This document shows, one piece after another, positions 30,001 to 41,900 of a stretch of DNA of 64,000 nucleotides (position 1 is the first letter of the stretch; the number at the start of each line of letters is the position of its first letter). The notes beneath the pieces were generated by a model. It did no database searches, had not been told where the DNA came from, and was given only the letters and a program-made list of their open reading frames with translations. The stretch comes from Eledone cirrhosa (Eukaryota): positions 136,586,001-136,650,000 of the forward strand of contig OZ024741.1 in assembly GCA_964016885.1 (NCBI GenBank), given 5' to 3'. A program made the translations under genes and the position numbers.

Positions 30001-32738
30001 TTATAATAATGTAGTCTGTTGTACAGTTATAATAATGTAGACTGTAATACAGTTATAATAATGTAGACTGTGGTACAGTTATAATAATGTAGTCTGTGGT
30101 ACAGTTATAGTAATGTAGACTGTGGTACAGTTATAATAATGTAGACTGTGGTACAGTTATAATAATGTAGTCTGTGGTACAGTTATAATAATGTAGTCTG
30201 TTGTACAGTTATAATAATGTAGACTGTGGTACAGTTATAATAATGTAGTCTGTGGTACAGTTATAATAATGTAGTCTGTTGTACAGTTATAATAATGTAG
30301 TCTGTGGTACAGTTATAATAATGTAGTCTGTTGTACAGTTATAATAATGTAGACTGTGGTACAGTTATAATAATGTAGTCTGTGGTACAGTTATAATAAT
30401 GTAGTCTGTGGTACAGTTATAATAATGTAGTCTGTTGTACAGTTATAATAATGTAGTCTGTGGTACAGTTATAATAATGTAGTCTGTTGTACAGTTATAA
30501 TAATGTAGTCTGTTGTACAGTTATAATAATGTAGACTGTAATACAGTTATAATAATGTAGACTGTGGTACAGTTATAATAATGTAGACTGTGGTACAGTT
30601 ATAATAATGTAGACTGTGGTACAGTTATAATAATGTAGTCTGTGGTACAGTTATAATAATGTAGTCTGTTGTACAGTTATAATAATGTAGACTGTAATAC
30701 AGTTATAATAATGTAGTCTGTTGTACAGTTATAATAATGTAGACTCTGGTACAGTTATCATAATGTAGTCTGTGGTACAGTTATAATAATGTAGTCTGTG
30801 GTACAGTTATATTAATGTAGTCTGTAATACAGTTATAATAATGTAGTCTGTGGTACAGTTATAATAATGTAGACTCTGGTACAGTTATAATAATGTAGTC
30901 TGTGGTACAGTTATAATAATGTAGACTGTGGTACAGTTATAATAATGTTGTCTGTGGTACAGTTATAATAATGTAGTCTGCTGTACAGTTATAGTAATGT
31001 AGTCTGTTGTACAGTTATAATAATTTAGACTATGGTACAGTTATAATAATTTAGACTGTGGTACAGTTATAATAATGTAGACTGTAGTGCAGTTATAATA
31101 ATGTAGACTGTAGTGCAGTTATAATATTGAAGACTGTGGTACAGTTATAATAATTTAGACTGTGGTACAGTTATAATAATTTAGTCTGTGGTACAGTTAT
31201 AATAATGTAGTCTGTTGTACAGTTATAATAATGTGGACTGTGGTACAGTTATAATAATGTAGACTGTTGTACAGTTATAATAATGTAGACTGTGGTACTG
31301 TTATAATAATGTAGTCTGTGGTACAGTTATAATAATGTAGTCTGTCGTACAATTATAATAATGTAGACTGGTACAGTTATAATAATGTAGACTGTGGTAC
31401 AATTATAATAATGTAGAGTGTGGTACAGTTATAATAATGTAGACTGTGGTACAGTTATAATAATGTAGTCTGTTGTACGGTTATAATAATGTAGTCTGTG
31501 GTACAGTTATAATAATGTAGAGTGTGGTACAGTTACAATAATGTTGTCTGTGGTACAGTTGTAATAATGTAGACTGTGGTACAGTGATAATAATGTTGTC
31601 TGGGGTACAGTTATAATAATGTAGACTGTGGTACAGTTATAATAATGTAGTCTGTTGTACAGTTATAATAATTTAGACTGTGGTACAGTTATAATAATTT
31701 AGACTGTGGTACAGTTATAATAATGTAGACTGTAGTGCAGTTATAATAATGTAGTCTGTAATACAGTTATAATAATGTAGACTGTGGTACTGTTATAATA
31801 ATGTTGTCTGTGGTACAGTTATAATAATGTAGACTGTGGTACAGTTATAATAATGTAGTCTGTTGTACAATTATAATAATTTAGATTGTGGTACAGTTAT
31901 AATAATTTAGACTGTGGTACAGTTATAATAATGTAGACTGTGGTGCAGTTATAATAATTTAGACTGTGGTACAGTTATAATAATTTAGACTGTGGTACAG
32001 TTATAATAATGTATACTGTGGTACAGTTATAATAATGTAGTCTGTGGTACAGTTATAATAATGTAGACTGTGGTACAGTTATAATGATGTGGACTGTGGT
32101 ACAGTTATAATAATGTAGACTGTGGTACAGTTATAATAATGTAGGCTGTGGTACAGTTATAATAATGTTTTCTGTGGTACAGTTATAATAATGTAGACTG
32201 TGGTACAGTTATAATAATGTAGACTGTGGTACAGTTTTAATAATGTAGACTGTGGTACAGTTATAATAATGTAGACTGTGGTACAGTTATAGTAATGTAG
32301 ACTGTAGTGCAGTTATAATAATGTAGACTGTGGTACAGTTACAATAATGTTGTCTGTGGTACAGTTATAATAATGTAGTCTGTTGTACAGTTATAATAAT
32401 GTAGTCTGTGGTACAGTTATAATAATGTAGACTGTGGTACAGTTACAATAATGTTGTCTGTGGTACAGTTATAATAATGTAGTCTGTTGTACAGTTATAA
32501 TAATGTAGTCTGTGGTACAGTTATAATAATGTAGACTGTGGTACAGTTATAATAATGTAGTCTGTGGTACAGTTATAATAATGTAGACTGTGGTACAGTT
32601 ACAATAATGTTGTCTGTGGTACAGTTATAATAATGTTGTCTGTGGTACAGTTATAATAATGTAGACTGTGGTACAGTTATAATAATGTAGTCTGTGGTAC
32701 AGTTATAATTATGTAGTCTGTGGTACAGTTATAATAAT
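1..32738. repeat. 26-bp satellite DNA array (~1,260 monomers; consensus GTTATAATAATGTAG[A/T]CTGTGGTACA), open at the window's left edge
   Basis: GACTGTGGTA recurs at 11, 37, ... with a 26-bp period through to 32.7 kb; variation is nearly all substitutions; no ORFs in the track. Confidence 0.99.
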
Positions 32739-32923
32739 TGTTTCTACTCTGGCACAAGGCCAGCAAATATCCCAGTGTGTTACTGGTACTTTATTGTATC
32801 GACTCCATAAGGATGAAAGCAAAGTTAACCTCGATGGGATTTGAATTCAGGCCATAAAGGGCCGTAAGTCTTTGCTGCAAAGCATTGTGTCCCACCCTCT
32901 TCCGATAATGCCGATCCACCGCC
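32737..32923 (-). mobile_element. tRNA-derived SINE (Meta/Sauria-like central domain), copy 1 at the satellite boundary
   Basis: Minus strand reads GGCGGTGGATCGGC head, B-box-like GAATTCAAATCCC, central CTTTCATCCTTATGGAGTCGATAC..AGTACCAG and 3' TTGTGCC..AGAAAC plus ATT tail; same family at 47.5, 47.7, 52.5, 56.0 and 61.7 kb. Confidence 0.8.
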
Positions 32924-32934
32924 CAGTTATAATA

Positions 32935-33116
32935 TTTGTTTCTACATTTGGCACAAGGCCAGCAATTATCCAGTGCATTACTGGTACTTTATTTTATCGA
33001 CCCCGTAAGGATGAAAGACAAAGTTAATCTCGACGGGATTTGAACCCTGACCGTAAGGGACATAACTATGCTGGAAAGCATGGTGTCCAACGCTCTACCG
33101 ATACTATCAATCCACC
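32935..33116 (-). mobile_element. Same SINE family, copy 2 (tandem)
   Basis: Collinear with 32737-32923 and shares its internal deletion. Confidence 0.8.
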
Positions 33117-33227
33117 AATATCAATAATATTGTCTGTGATACAGTTATACCTTTAAAATATATAGACGAGAGGCTTTTGATCATAGTGAATTTATAGGTC
33201 TGCCTTATGTCACGACTGATCCAGGGC

Positions 33228-33711
33228 TAAACAACAACTACAGCTACAACATCAACAACATCAACAACAATAACATCAACAACAATAATATCGACAACAT
33301 CATCATCAACAAGAAGAACGATAATATAAACAGCAGCATCAACAACAACATTGCACCTCTTTCTAGTAAAGATAAAAGACTTTATAAATGCTCCATAAAA
33401 CACGGGATTTTTAACAACAAAAGAAGCGTCAACAGCAAAAATGACAACAACAACAAGACCAACAACAATAACAGCGAAACGACAACAACAGCACAACAGC
33501 AGCGACAGCAACAACAACAACTAAAACTGCAGTAATAACAACAGCAGCATCAGTAACAACAGCAGCATCAACGACAGCGACAACAACTGCAACAAAAACA
33601 GCAGTAACAACAACAGCAGTAACAACAGCAGCAACGACAACAACAATAACAACAAAAACAGCAGTAACAACAACAGCGGCAACGACGCCAACAACAACAA
33701 CCACAACAACC

Positions 33712-33745
<34 letters not shown>

Positions 33746-34344
33746 CGACAAAAACAGCAGTAATAACAACAGCAGTAACAACAACAGCGGCAACGACGAC
33801 AACAACAACAACAACCACAACAACAACAACAACAACAACAACAACGACAAAAACAACAGTAATAACAACAGCAGTAACAACAGCAGCAACGACAACAACA
33901 ATGACGACGACAACAACAACAACAAGAAAAACAGCAGTAATAACAACAGCAGTAACAACAACAGCAGCAACGACAGCAACAACAACAACAAAAACAGCAG
34001 TAATAACAACAGCAGTAACAACAACAGCAGCAACGACGACGACAACAACAACAAAAACAGCAGTAATAACAACAGCAGTAATACAACAGCAGTAACAACA
34101 ACAGCAGCAACGACAGCAACAACAACAACAAAAACAGCAGTAACAACAACAGCAGTAACAACAACAGCAGCAACGACGACAACAACAACAACAACAACAA
34201 CCGCAGCAACAACAACAACGACAAAAACAGCAGTAATAACACAGCAGTAACAACAGCAGCAACGACAACGACAATGACGACAAGAAAAACAGCAGTAATA
34301 ACACAGCAGTAACAACAACAGCAACGACAACAACAACGACGACG

Positions 34345-34380
<36 letters not shown>

Positions 34381-34382
34381 GC

Positions 34383-34414
<32 letters not shown>

Positions 34415-35218
34415 GAAAAACAGCAGTAATAACAACAGCAGTAACAACAACAGCAGCAACGACAGCAACAACAACAAGAAAAACAGCAGTAATAACACAG
34501 CAGTAACAACAGCAGCAACGACAGCAACAACAACAAGAAAAACAGCAGTAATAACACAGCAGTAACAACAGCAGCAACGACAACAACAATGACGACAAGA
34601 AAAACAGCAGTAATAACAACAGCAGTAACAACAACAGCAGCAACGACAGCAACAACAACAACAAAAACAGCAGTAATAACAACAGCAGTAACAACAACAG
34701 CAGCAACGACAGCAACAACAACAAGAAAAACAGCAGTAATAACAACAGCAGTAACAACAACAGCAGCAACGACAGCAACAACAACAAGAAAAACAGCAGT
34801 AATAACACAGCAGTAACAACAACAGCAGCAACGACAGCAACAACAACAAGAAAAACAGCAGTAATAACAACAGCAGTAACAACAACAGCAGCAACGACAG
34901 CAACAACAACAAGAAAAACAGCAGTAATAACAACAGCAGTAACACAACAGCAGCAACGACAGCAACAACAAGAAAAACAGCAGTAATAACAACAGCAGTA
35001 ACAACAACAGCAGCAACGACAAAAACAACAACAAGAAAAACAGCAGTAATAACACAGCAGTAACAACAGCAGCAACGACAACAACAATGACGACAAGAAA
35101 AACAGCAGTAATAACAACAGCAGTAACAACAACAGCAGCAAAGACAGCAACAACAACAAAAACAGCAGTAATAACAACAACAAAAACAGCAGTAATAACA
35201 ACAGCAGCAGCAAAACAA
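33228..35218. repeat. (CAA/CAG/TAA)-based compound microsatellite grading into a ~63-bp minisatellite
   Basis: Unit AAAACAGCAGTAATAACAACAGCAGTAACAACAACAGCAGCAACGACAGCAACAACAACAAGA is repeated; it accounts for all the poly-L/V/C/T ORFs in the track. Confidence 0.95.
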
Positions 35219-35320
35219 TCATGAGCGTTAAAATCTCCTTTGATCGTTGCCTGGTTCTCATAAAACTAGGAGCCGCTAAATGTTTTGCTGATTTTGAAGG
35301 ATGCGTGCTTGCGATATAAT

Positions 35321-35402
35321 GTGGCACTATGTTACACTATGTGACATTCTGCGACATTGTGTGACATTGTGTGATACTGAGTGACAGTATGCAACATTAT
35401 AT
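35321..35402. repeat. Degenerate 10-bp tandem repeat (GTGACATTGT-like)
   Basis: gtggcactat gttacactat gtgacattct gcgacattgt gtgacattgt gtgatactga gtgacagtat gcaacattat. Confidence 0.8.
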
Positions 35403-35516
35403 GATTCAATATATAGTATTATAAGGCTCTGCCAGTTTTTAAAATGCCAAAAGAAACGCCGCATGTCAATAAGACGGCCTCACGACTCCCTTAAGAGTTA
35501 CGGAACCATACCATAT

Positions 35517-35855
35517 GAAGTAAAGACTCCCTTCGGTCACGAATGACCATGGGATTTGTACCTAGAAAGTTTCCCACCGAGGCACAAGTCCGGGCAAGGT
35601 TGTTTGTAGAAGACCAGCAGCCGCCCATGCTTACCAGCCTCCCCTCTCCGCGCCACCGATGATGTCCAAGGGAAAGGCAATGGCCGATACAGCTTGACAC
35701 CAGTGACGTTGCAACTCATTTCTACAGCTGTGTAAACTGGAGCAACGTGAAATAAAGTGTCTTGCTCAAGGACATAACGCATCACCAGGTCCGAGAATTG
35801 AACTCACAACCTTCCGATTGCAAACCCAATACTCTAACCACTAAGCCATGCGCCT
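35517..35855 (-). mobile_element. tRNA-derived CORE-type SINE (octopus OR-like)
   Basis: Minus strand: GGCGCATGGCTTAGTGGTTAG (A box), GAGTTCAATTC (B box), CORE-like TCCTTGAGCAAGACACTTTATTTCACGTTGCTCCAG. Confidence 0.8.
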
Positions 35856-36554
35856 TCACATATAACATTATATGATGCCAGTGGATCCGTGCCGTCAATA
35901 ATGACGGTAATAGTGTTGTACGTATTTGATTTTTGTACTCCAGGATTTGTATGCAATATGTCCCAGGATTACCGGATATATGAACAATCATACAAACTGG
36001 AAAATGTGCTTTTTGATAAATTGATGGTTTGCATCAGAAAAACTTTAGTTTAAAGATGTGAATGATATTTTGATAATTCATTTCTAGGATATAATTATAT
36101 AAATATTCAGTATATATGTACAAATGATAAACAGGATTGAATGTATCAATAACTCTGGAGAAATAACTATTTACAAAGACAAATGTAGGGCTTGAAGCAA
36201 TGATCTTGTGACTGAAAAGCAATTTTCTAATTGCAAGTCCTTATAAGCCCGGCGATCATACAGCAAAATGCAAAACAGTTAAACTTGTGATGGAGGGTAG
36301 GAGGCCCAGTTACTATACGTGTAAAAATAAGGGGTCTCTGCACAGAAGAGCTAAATAGATAGTAGAAAGAATGGGCTGGACAATAGCAGAAGAAGCAACA
36401 GCAACAATTAGAATCGGCGCAACTATTAGGCCGACTATAGTCTTCAATTTGAAGAACTAGTCTAAGGCACTAAATATACAGGTGCGGATTCAGTGAGGGC
36501 CCGAGGTCGGGTAATCAACTTTGACAATCGACGTGATATTAATCTCCAGTAGGC

Positions 36555-36595
<41 letters not shown>

Positions 36596-36885
36596 ATATG
36601 TAGTATATATATGTAGGCCGGACAGGAAAATATTCTTTAAAATTAATTCCGTGAAATCAATATACATATTTCAATGACCAAGCTCCATCATCCAATTATG
36701 ATACAAGAGAGAACAACCTCATCGGGTAACTTCGACAGAATCACATAACAGGGTTATGTTAAACCTAAACTTATGATTGAAGATAGGGAAAAGAGAATAA
36801 GAAATTGAAAAATGAAAATTCAACCCGGGGACTGCCTGTATAGAAATCTGTTTGAAACTGGTTAGATCCTTATTCAACAGAGTAC

Positions 36886-36985
<100 letters not shown>

Positions 36986-37134
36986 AAGAGGGAGATAGAG
37001 AGAGATTTATCCCGAGTTCAATCGAGGGTAACCACAGTAAGTAAAGTACTCAATACATAGCAGAGTATAAATATTTAATATAGAAGTGGCAGAATTAAAC
37101 AGTTCTAGTCCTGTAGAAGCCATTTCTATATTAA

Positions 37135-37251
<117 letters not shown>

Positions 37252-37352
37252 TTTCGTATTTCGAAAGAAATACGATTTTAGGGAGTCGTAGTTATGCGAA
37301 CACCGGGGAGCTAACGCCCTCTGGTGTTTTCGAGCAGAAGCAAGGGGGACAA

Positions 37353-37394
37353 CCGTCTATGCATTTCAGGCTTGACTGGCCATCGTCAGGACGA
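37353..37394 (-). ncRNA. Minimal type I hammerhead ribozyme motif (identical inverted copy)
   Basis: Exact reverse complement of 37605-37646. Confidence 0.7.
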
Positions 37395-37604
37395 TCCCTC
37401 CCCCTGCTCTGCGACTGATATTTCTTTCGAAATACGAAATTTCTATACATATTGAAGCGAAATCTTATTTCTTTTCTATTATAAGTTGAGCCAACTTATG
37501 CAGCTTCATATGCAAATGAGGTTGATCACCTCATTTACACAGACGAGAAAACTTTATGTTCTCGGCTGTTTTCAAGTCCAGCAGTCGCAGAGCAGTGGGA
37601 GAGG

Positions 37605-37646
37605 TCGTCCTGACGATGGCCAGTCAAGCCTGAAATGCATAGACGG
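37605..37646 (+). ncRNA. Minimal type I hammerhead ribozyme motif
   Basis: UCGUC-CUGACGA-U-GGC(CAGUCAA)GCC-U-GAAA-UGCA-UA-GACGG: stem I UCGUC/GACGG, conserved core, palindromic stem III AUGCAU. Confidence 0.7.
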
Positions 37647-37804
37647 TTGTCCCCCTTGCTTCTGCTGGACAACACCAGAGGGCGTTAGCCCCTTGGTGTT
37701 CGCATAGCTACGGCTTCCTAAAATCTATACATATTGTATAAAGCTATGCTTGAATCGAAATCCTATTTCTTTCCATATATATATACATATGTGTGTGTGT
37801 TTGT

Positions 37805-38009
37805 GTATGTAAAAGGTAAACAGAAATAACAACACAATCGGTACAGTATATGGAAAAGATATATTAGGTTAACGCTTGATATAGCAGGAGGAGGGTCTTA
37901 ACGTTTCGGACGTTAGTCCTTCATCAGAAGAAAGAATGAGAAATAAGATAGATTGAGGGGACGGGCGGGATGGAATTGGAAAAAATGTCTTTAGATAAAA
38001 ATAACAGGT
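37805..38009 (-). mobile_element. ~200-bp dispersed repeat with hammerhead motif (Penelope-like terminal fragment, second family)
   Basis: Reverse complement of 59661-59865; diverged copy at ~38285-38480. Confidence 0.65.
37896..37931 (-). ncRNA. Minimal hammerhead ribozyme motif
   Basis: UCUU-CUGAUGA-A-GGAC(UAAC)GUCC-GAAA-CG-UU-AAGA; stem I UCUU/AAGA, palindromic AACGUU stem III. Confidence 0.7.
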
Positions 38010-38201
38010 CCATTCCTGTTGACCGGTACAATGCGGTAGAAATATTTAAAGGGAAAGGATGACAAATTAAGCAAAACAAAGTAATATTTTTACCCAGTAT
38101 GTTTCAATATAATATTTCAGGGCTTTTTCAAACGCAAAATCGAAAACGGTTCAAAACAAAACGAACGATCGATGTGTTCTTCCCTAACTGGTCTAAGTGT
38201 C

Positions 38202-38255
<54 letters not shown>

Positions 38256-38505
38256 GCGTGTGTGTGTGTTTGTATGTGTGTGTGTATAAAAGGTAAACAC
38301 AAATAACAAAGCAAACGACACGGTACATTGAAGAAATATATTAGCTTTGATGTTTGAAATAGCAAGAACAGAGTTTTAACATTTTGGACACTAGTCCTTC
38401 ATCAGAAAATAGAAAATACACTAGAAAGATAAAGAGTAAGAAGAGGAAGGGACGGTGATAATGAGAAAAAAAAGGGGGAAAAAACACACGTGCGTATTCA
38501 ATCAG

Positions 38506-38770
<265 letters not shown>

Positions 38771-38893
38771 ACCAAACTCGTCCCATGGACTGAGTGCTCT
38801 ACTACTACTACGGATATAACCCACCAATGTTCTACTATTATATATATATATATATATACACACACAGAGATAGAGGGGTGAGTGAGAGAAAGG

Positions 38894-38909
38894 GATAGAT
38901 AGATAGATA

Positions 38910-38995
<86 letters not shown>
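38894..38995. repeat. (GATA)n microsatellite flanking the LINE 3' end
   Basis: Direct reading; further GATA tracts at 42421-42432, 42541-42585 and 42967-43015. Confidence 0.98.
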
Positions 38996-38996
<1 letters not shown>

Positions 38997-41900
38997 TGTT
39001 TCTTTTATTTGCCACCAGGGCATCAAAAGTGGGACAAGTACAATGGGGGGAGTTTACAAAACAAGGCGCCCTCAATAGGGAGGAGGCAATAACAATATAT
39101 AAAAATAAAATAAAATATAACAAAAAATAAAATTTATAACAAAGTCCTCAATAGAGAGGAGGCGCCTTGGGGGGTCGCACACACCCCCGAAAAAAGTGTG
39201 CAACACTTCTCCTCAGGAGCACAGAGAAGGGGTGCTCCCTTGGTCTTTCATCTTCCTCACCTATAGTCTGATGTAGAGTGAAGGCCCATTCACACGGGCC
39301 ATTCTCGCCACTTTCACCCATCTTTCATAGAAACGGCTGGGGTGCAGCACCTCTCTCTCCATCCTGATCCTTCTTCCGAAATGATATCGGAAGAAACGGA
39401 CCAGTTGTTGGCCAGAGAGAAAGGTGTCTGACCTCAGTCCTTTCAGACGCGTCCACCATACAACCTCTTTCGCCATGGCTATTACGCACAGAAACACCGC
39501 CTCTCCTTCGTTTTTGAAGAGGGGAGGCGGCTTGATCGTTACAATAGACTCGGTGGTCAACCGGATCGGTCCCACCCTTGACAGCAGTTGTTCGACATAG
39601 CCCCACAGATCGGCAATGCCCGAGCAGTGTACCAATGCGTGTGCAACGGTTTCCTCGTCGCACACGCATCTGGGACAGACCTTTTTCGATGGGTCCCTAC
39701 CCGGGCGCCCGTGTCTGTAGAGCCTTTCTCGAACGGGCAGAGCCCTTCTGTAGCATTGCCAGGCCAGGGACCTCTGGAAGTTATCCATGAGTCCCGGGCT
39801 GAATGTCCTACCGAACAGGTTGGCCAGTTCGTCTTCCTCCATGCCTAGGGCTTCTCCGAGGGCGTCGTCGCACCTGCTAACCACCAGCCCTCTATAGAAT
39901 GACGAGGTGGATTCTCCACTGACAGCCGGGTCCGCCTGCCAGAGAGCCGTGAGCGCCTGGGCACACTCGGTGTGCCAGGCGCCCAGTTTTCTCGGTCTTT
40001 GCTTGATCCAGGATTGCAGCTCGGTGAGTGAGACGAGTCTGGGAAAGGCTCGCCTCACAAACGGGGCCCACACCGGTTGACCGGAGAGGAAGAGTGCGCG
40101 CTCTATTTTGGCGAGCGTTTCCCTTGGGCAAGGCACCACGGTCAGGCGGTAGTAGATGACGGACGCTATATAAGTGTTCGCCACCTCCGCCCGACCTTTC
40201 AGGGACAGTTTGCATTCGGCCCACTTCTGGGTCAGTGCAAACACCCTGCTCGTCACCTCACCCCAGTTCTTCTCCACCTGGAGGTCTGGTCCGAACCAGA
40301 CCCCGAGCAATTTCACCGGGCCCTCCGTCCAGCGCCCGACGACGCCATCGGAGGGCATCGATCTGCCCCTCCACGTGCCGAGTTGCAGACCGATCGACTT
40401 GTCCCGGTTCAGCTTAGCCCCTGTAAACCTTTCGTACTCCTCCAGTAAGGTGCCGATCGCCCCGATTTCCGAGGCCGTCGACACCATTACTGTTACGTCA
40501 TCGGCGTAGGCTGACACCGCTTTCCGCAATCCCGGTTCCAACGGGATGCCCTGCAACAACTCCAACTTCCGCAGCAGTGGCTCTAGAGTCACTACATACA
40601 GAAGGGAGGAGAGAGGGCACTCCTGTCGGATGGACCGCGCGATTTCGAACGGCTCCGAGAGGTAGCCGTTCACCTTGACCCTAGAGCAGATGCGGCTGCT
40701 GTGCATGGCATTGATCCAGCCCCTGAAAACGGGTCCGAAGCCTGCCGCCGCTAGCACCGCATCCAGGTAACCATGGTCGACCCTATCGAATGCCTTAGAT
40801 TGATCCAAGTTGATCAGGGCCCCACCAAAGCCGGGTTCATTCCCAACCCTCTCTATGATGTATCGCATGAGGTGGAGGTTATCGTGGATGGACCTGGACG
40901 AGATAGCACATGTCTGCGCATCTCCCACCAGGTTGCCCACGACAAGCGCCAACCTCTTTGCTAGCACCTTGGCCAAAATCTGTAACTCTCTATTTAGCAG
41001 AGTTATGGGCCTGAAATTATTTATATCGTCCCCCTTGTTCTCGTCCTTCCTCACTAGCATGACTACGCCCTTGGTCACAGCACAGGGAATTCTCCCGTTC
41101 TGTCGCCAGTTGCAGTAGACCGCCTCGAGGAGTTCGGGGAACAAGTCCGGCATAGCTAGATATAGTTCGTATGGAAGACCATCGAGACCCGGGGATTTGC
41201 GTTTGCCGCATTGGCTCAGCACGTCCTCTATCTCAGCGGCTGAAATCGGCTCCTCGCAGGACTTCGCCTCCCTGTCCGAGAGACGCGGCAGGCCGTCGAG
41301 GTATGGACCGAAGTCCACGTCCCCAACCGGCCCCCCGCCCCTTCCGAACAATTCGGCAAAGTGCTTTTGAAAAGCCTCGCACATCTGCTTAGGTTCAAGG
41401 ATCACCCGTCCATCCTGGTCTTGCAAAGACCGGATAGTGGATCTGCTCCCTCTTTTAGCTTCTGTCACGCGGGCCCAGCTAACAGCTTTGGTCCCCTCGT
41501 TTCCCAGAGCACGTATTTTGCTTCGGACGATGCAGCCTTCGTGTTTCGCGTCGAAGAACTGGCCCAGGGCCGTTCTCGACGCTAGCACTCTGGCCACGTC
41601 GCCGCTTCTAATTGCCTCTTCTACACTATCTACCAACTCCCTTTCCTTCCTATTTCTATTGGAGGCTAACTCCTTACTAAATTCTATAGAGACTACTCGA
41701 ATCTCTCTTTTGAGAGATCCCCACCACCTGCTGTTGACGATGGCGCCCGTCAACCGCTCCTTAACTAAAGTGCTAATCCGGTTCCTGTAAGCCTTACTTG
41801 CCGGTAAGGACAAGTTGAGCTTCCAGTAACCGGGTCCCTGTCTATGAGTTCTGTCAAGGTTGACCATGCAGGTAACTAATTTGTGGTCTGAATAGCCAAC

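Noticed and set aside
1-32738. CRISPR-like array or coded information in the 26-bp repeats
   Set aside because: No unique spacers and no cas genes; eukaryotic context; variant order is explained by block duplications
33227-35327. Long ORFs of 495-632 aa rich in Leu/Val/Cys
   Set aside because: Stop-free by-product of (TTG/CTG)n on the minus strand; open in all three frames; no domain content
35780-35855. tRNA gene
   Set aside because: A and B boxes are present but run directly into a SINE body with no acceptor stem
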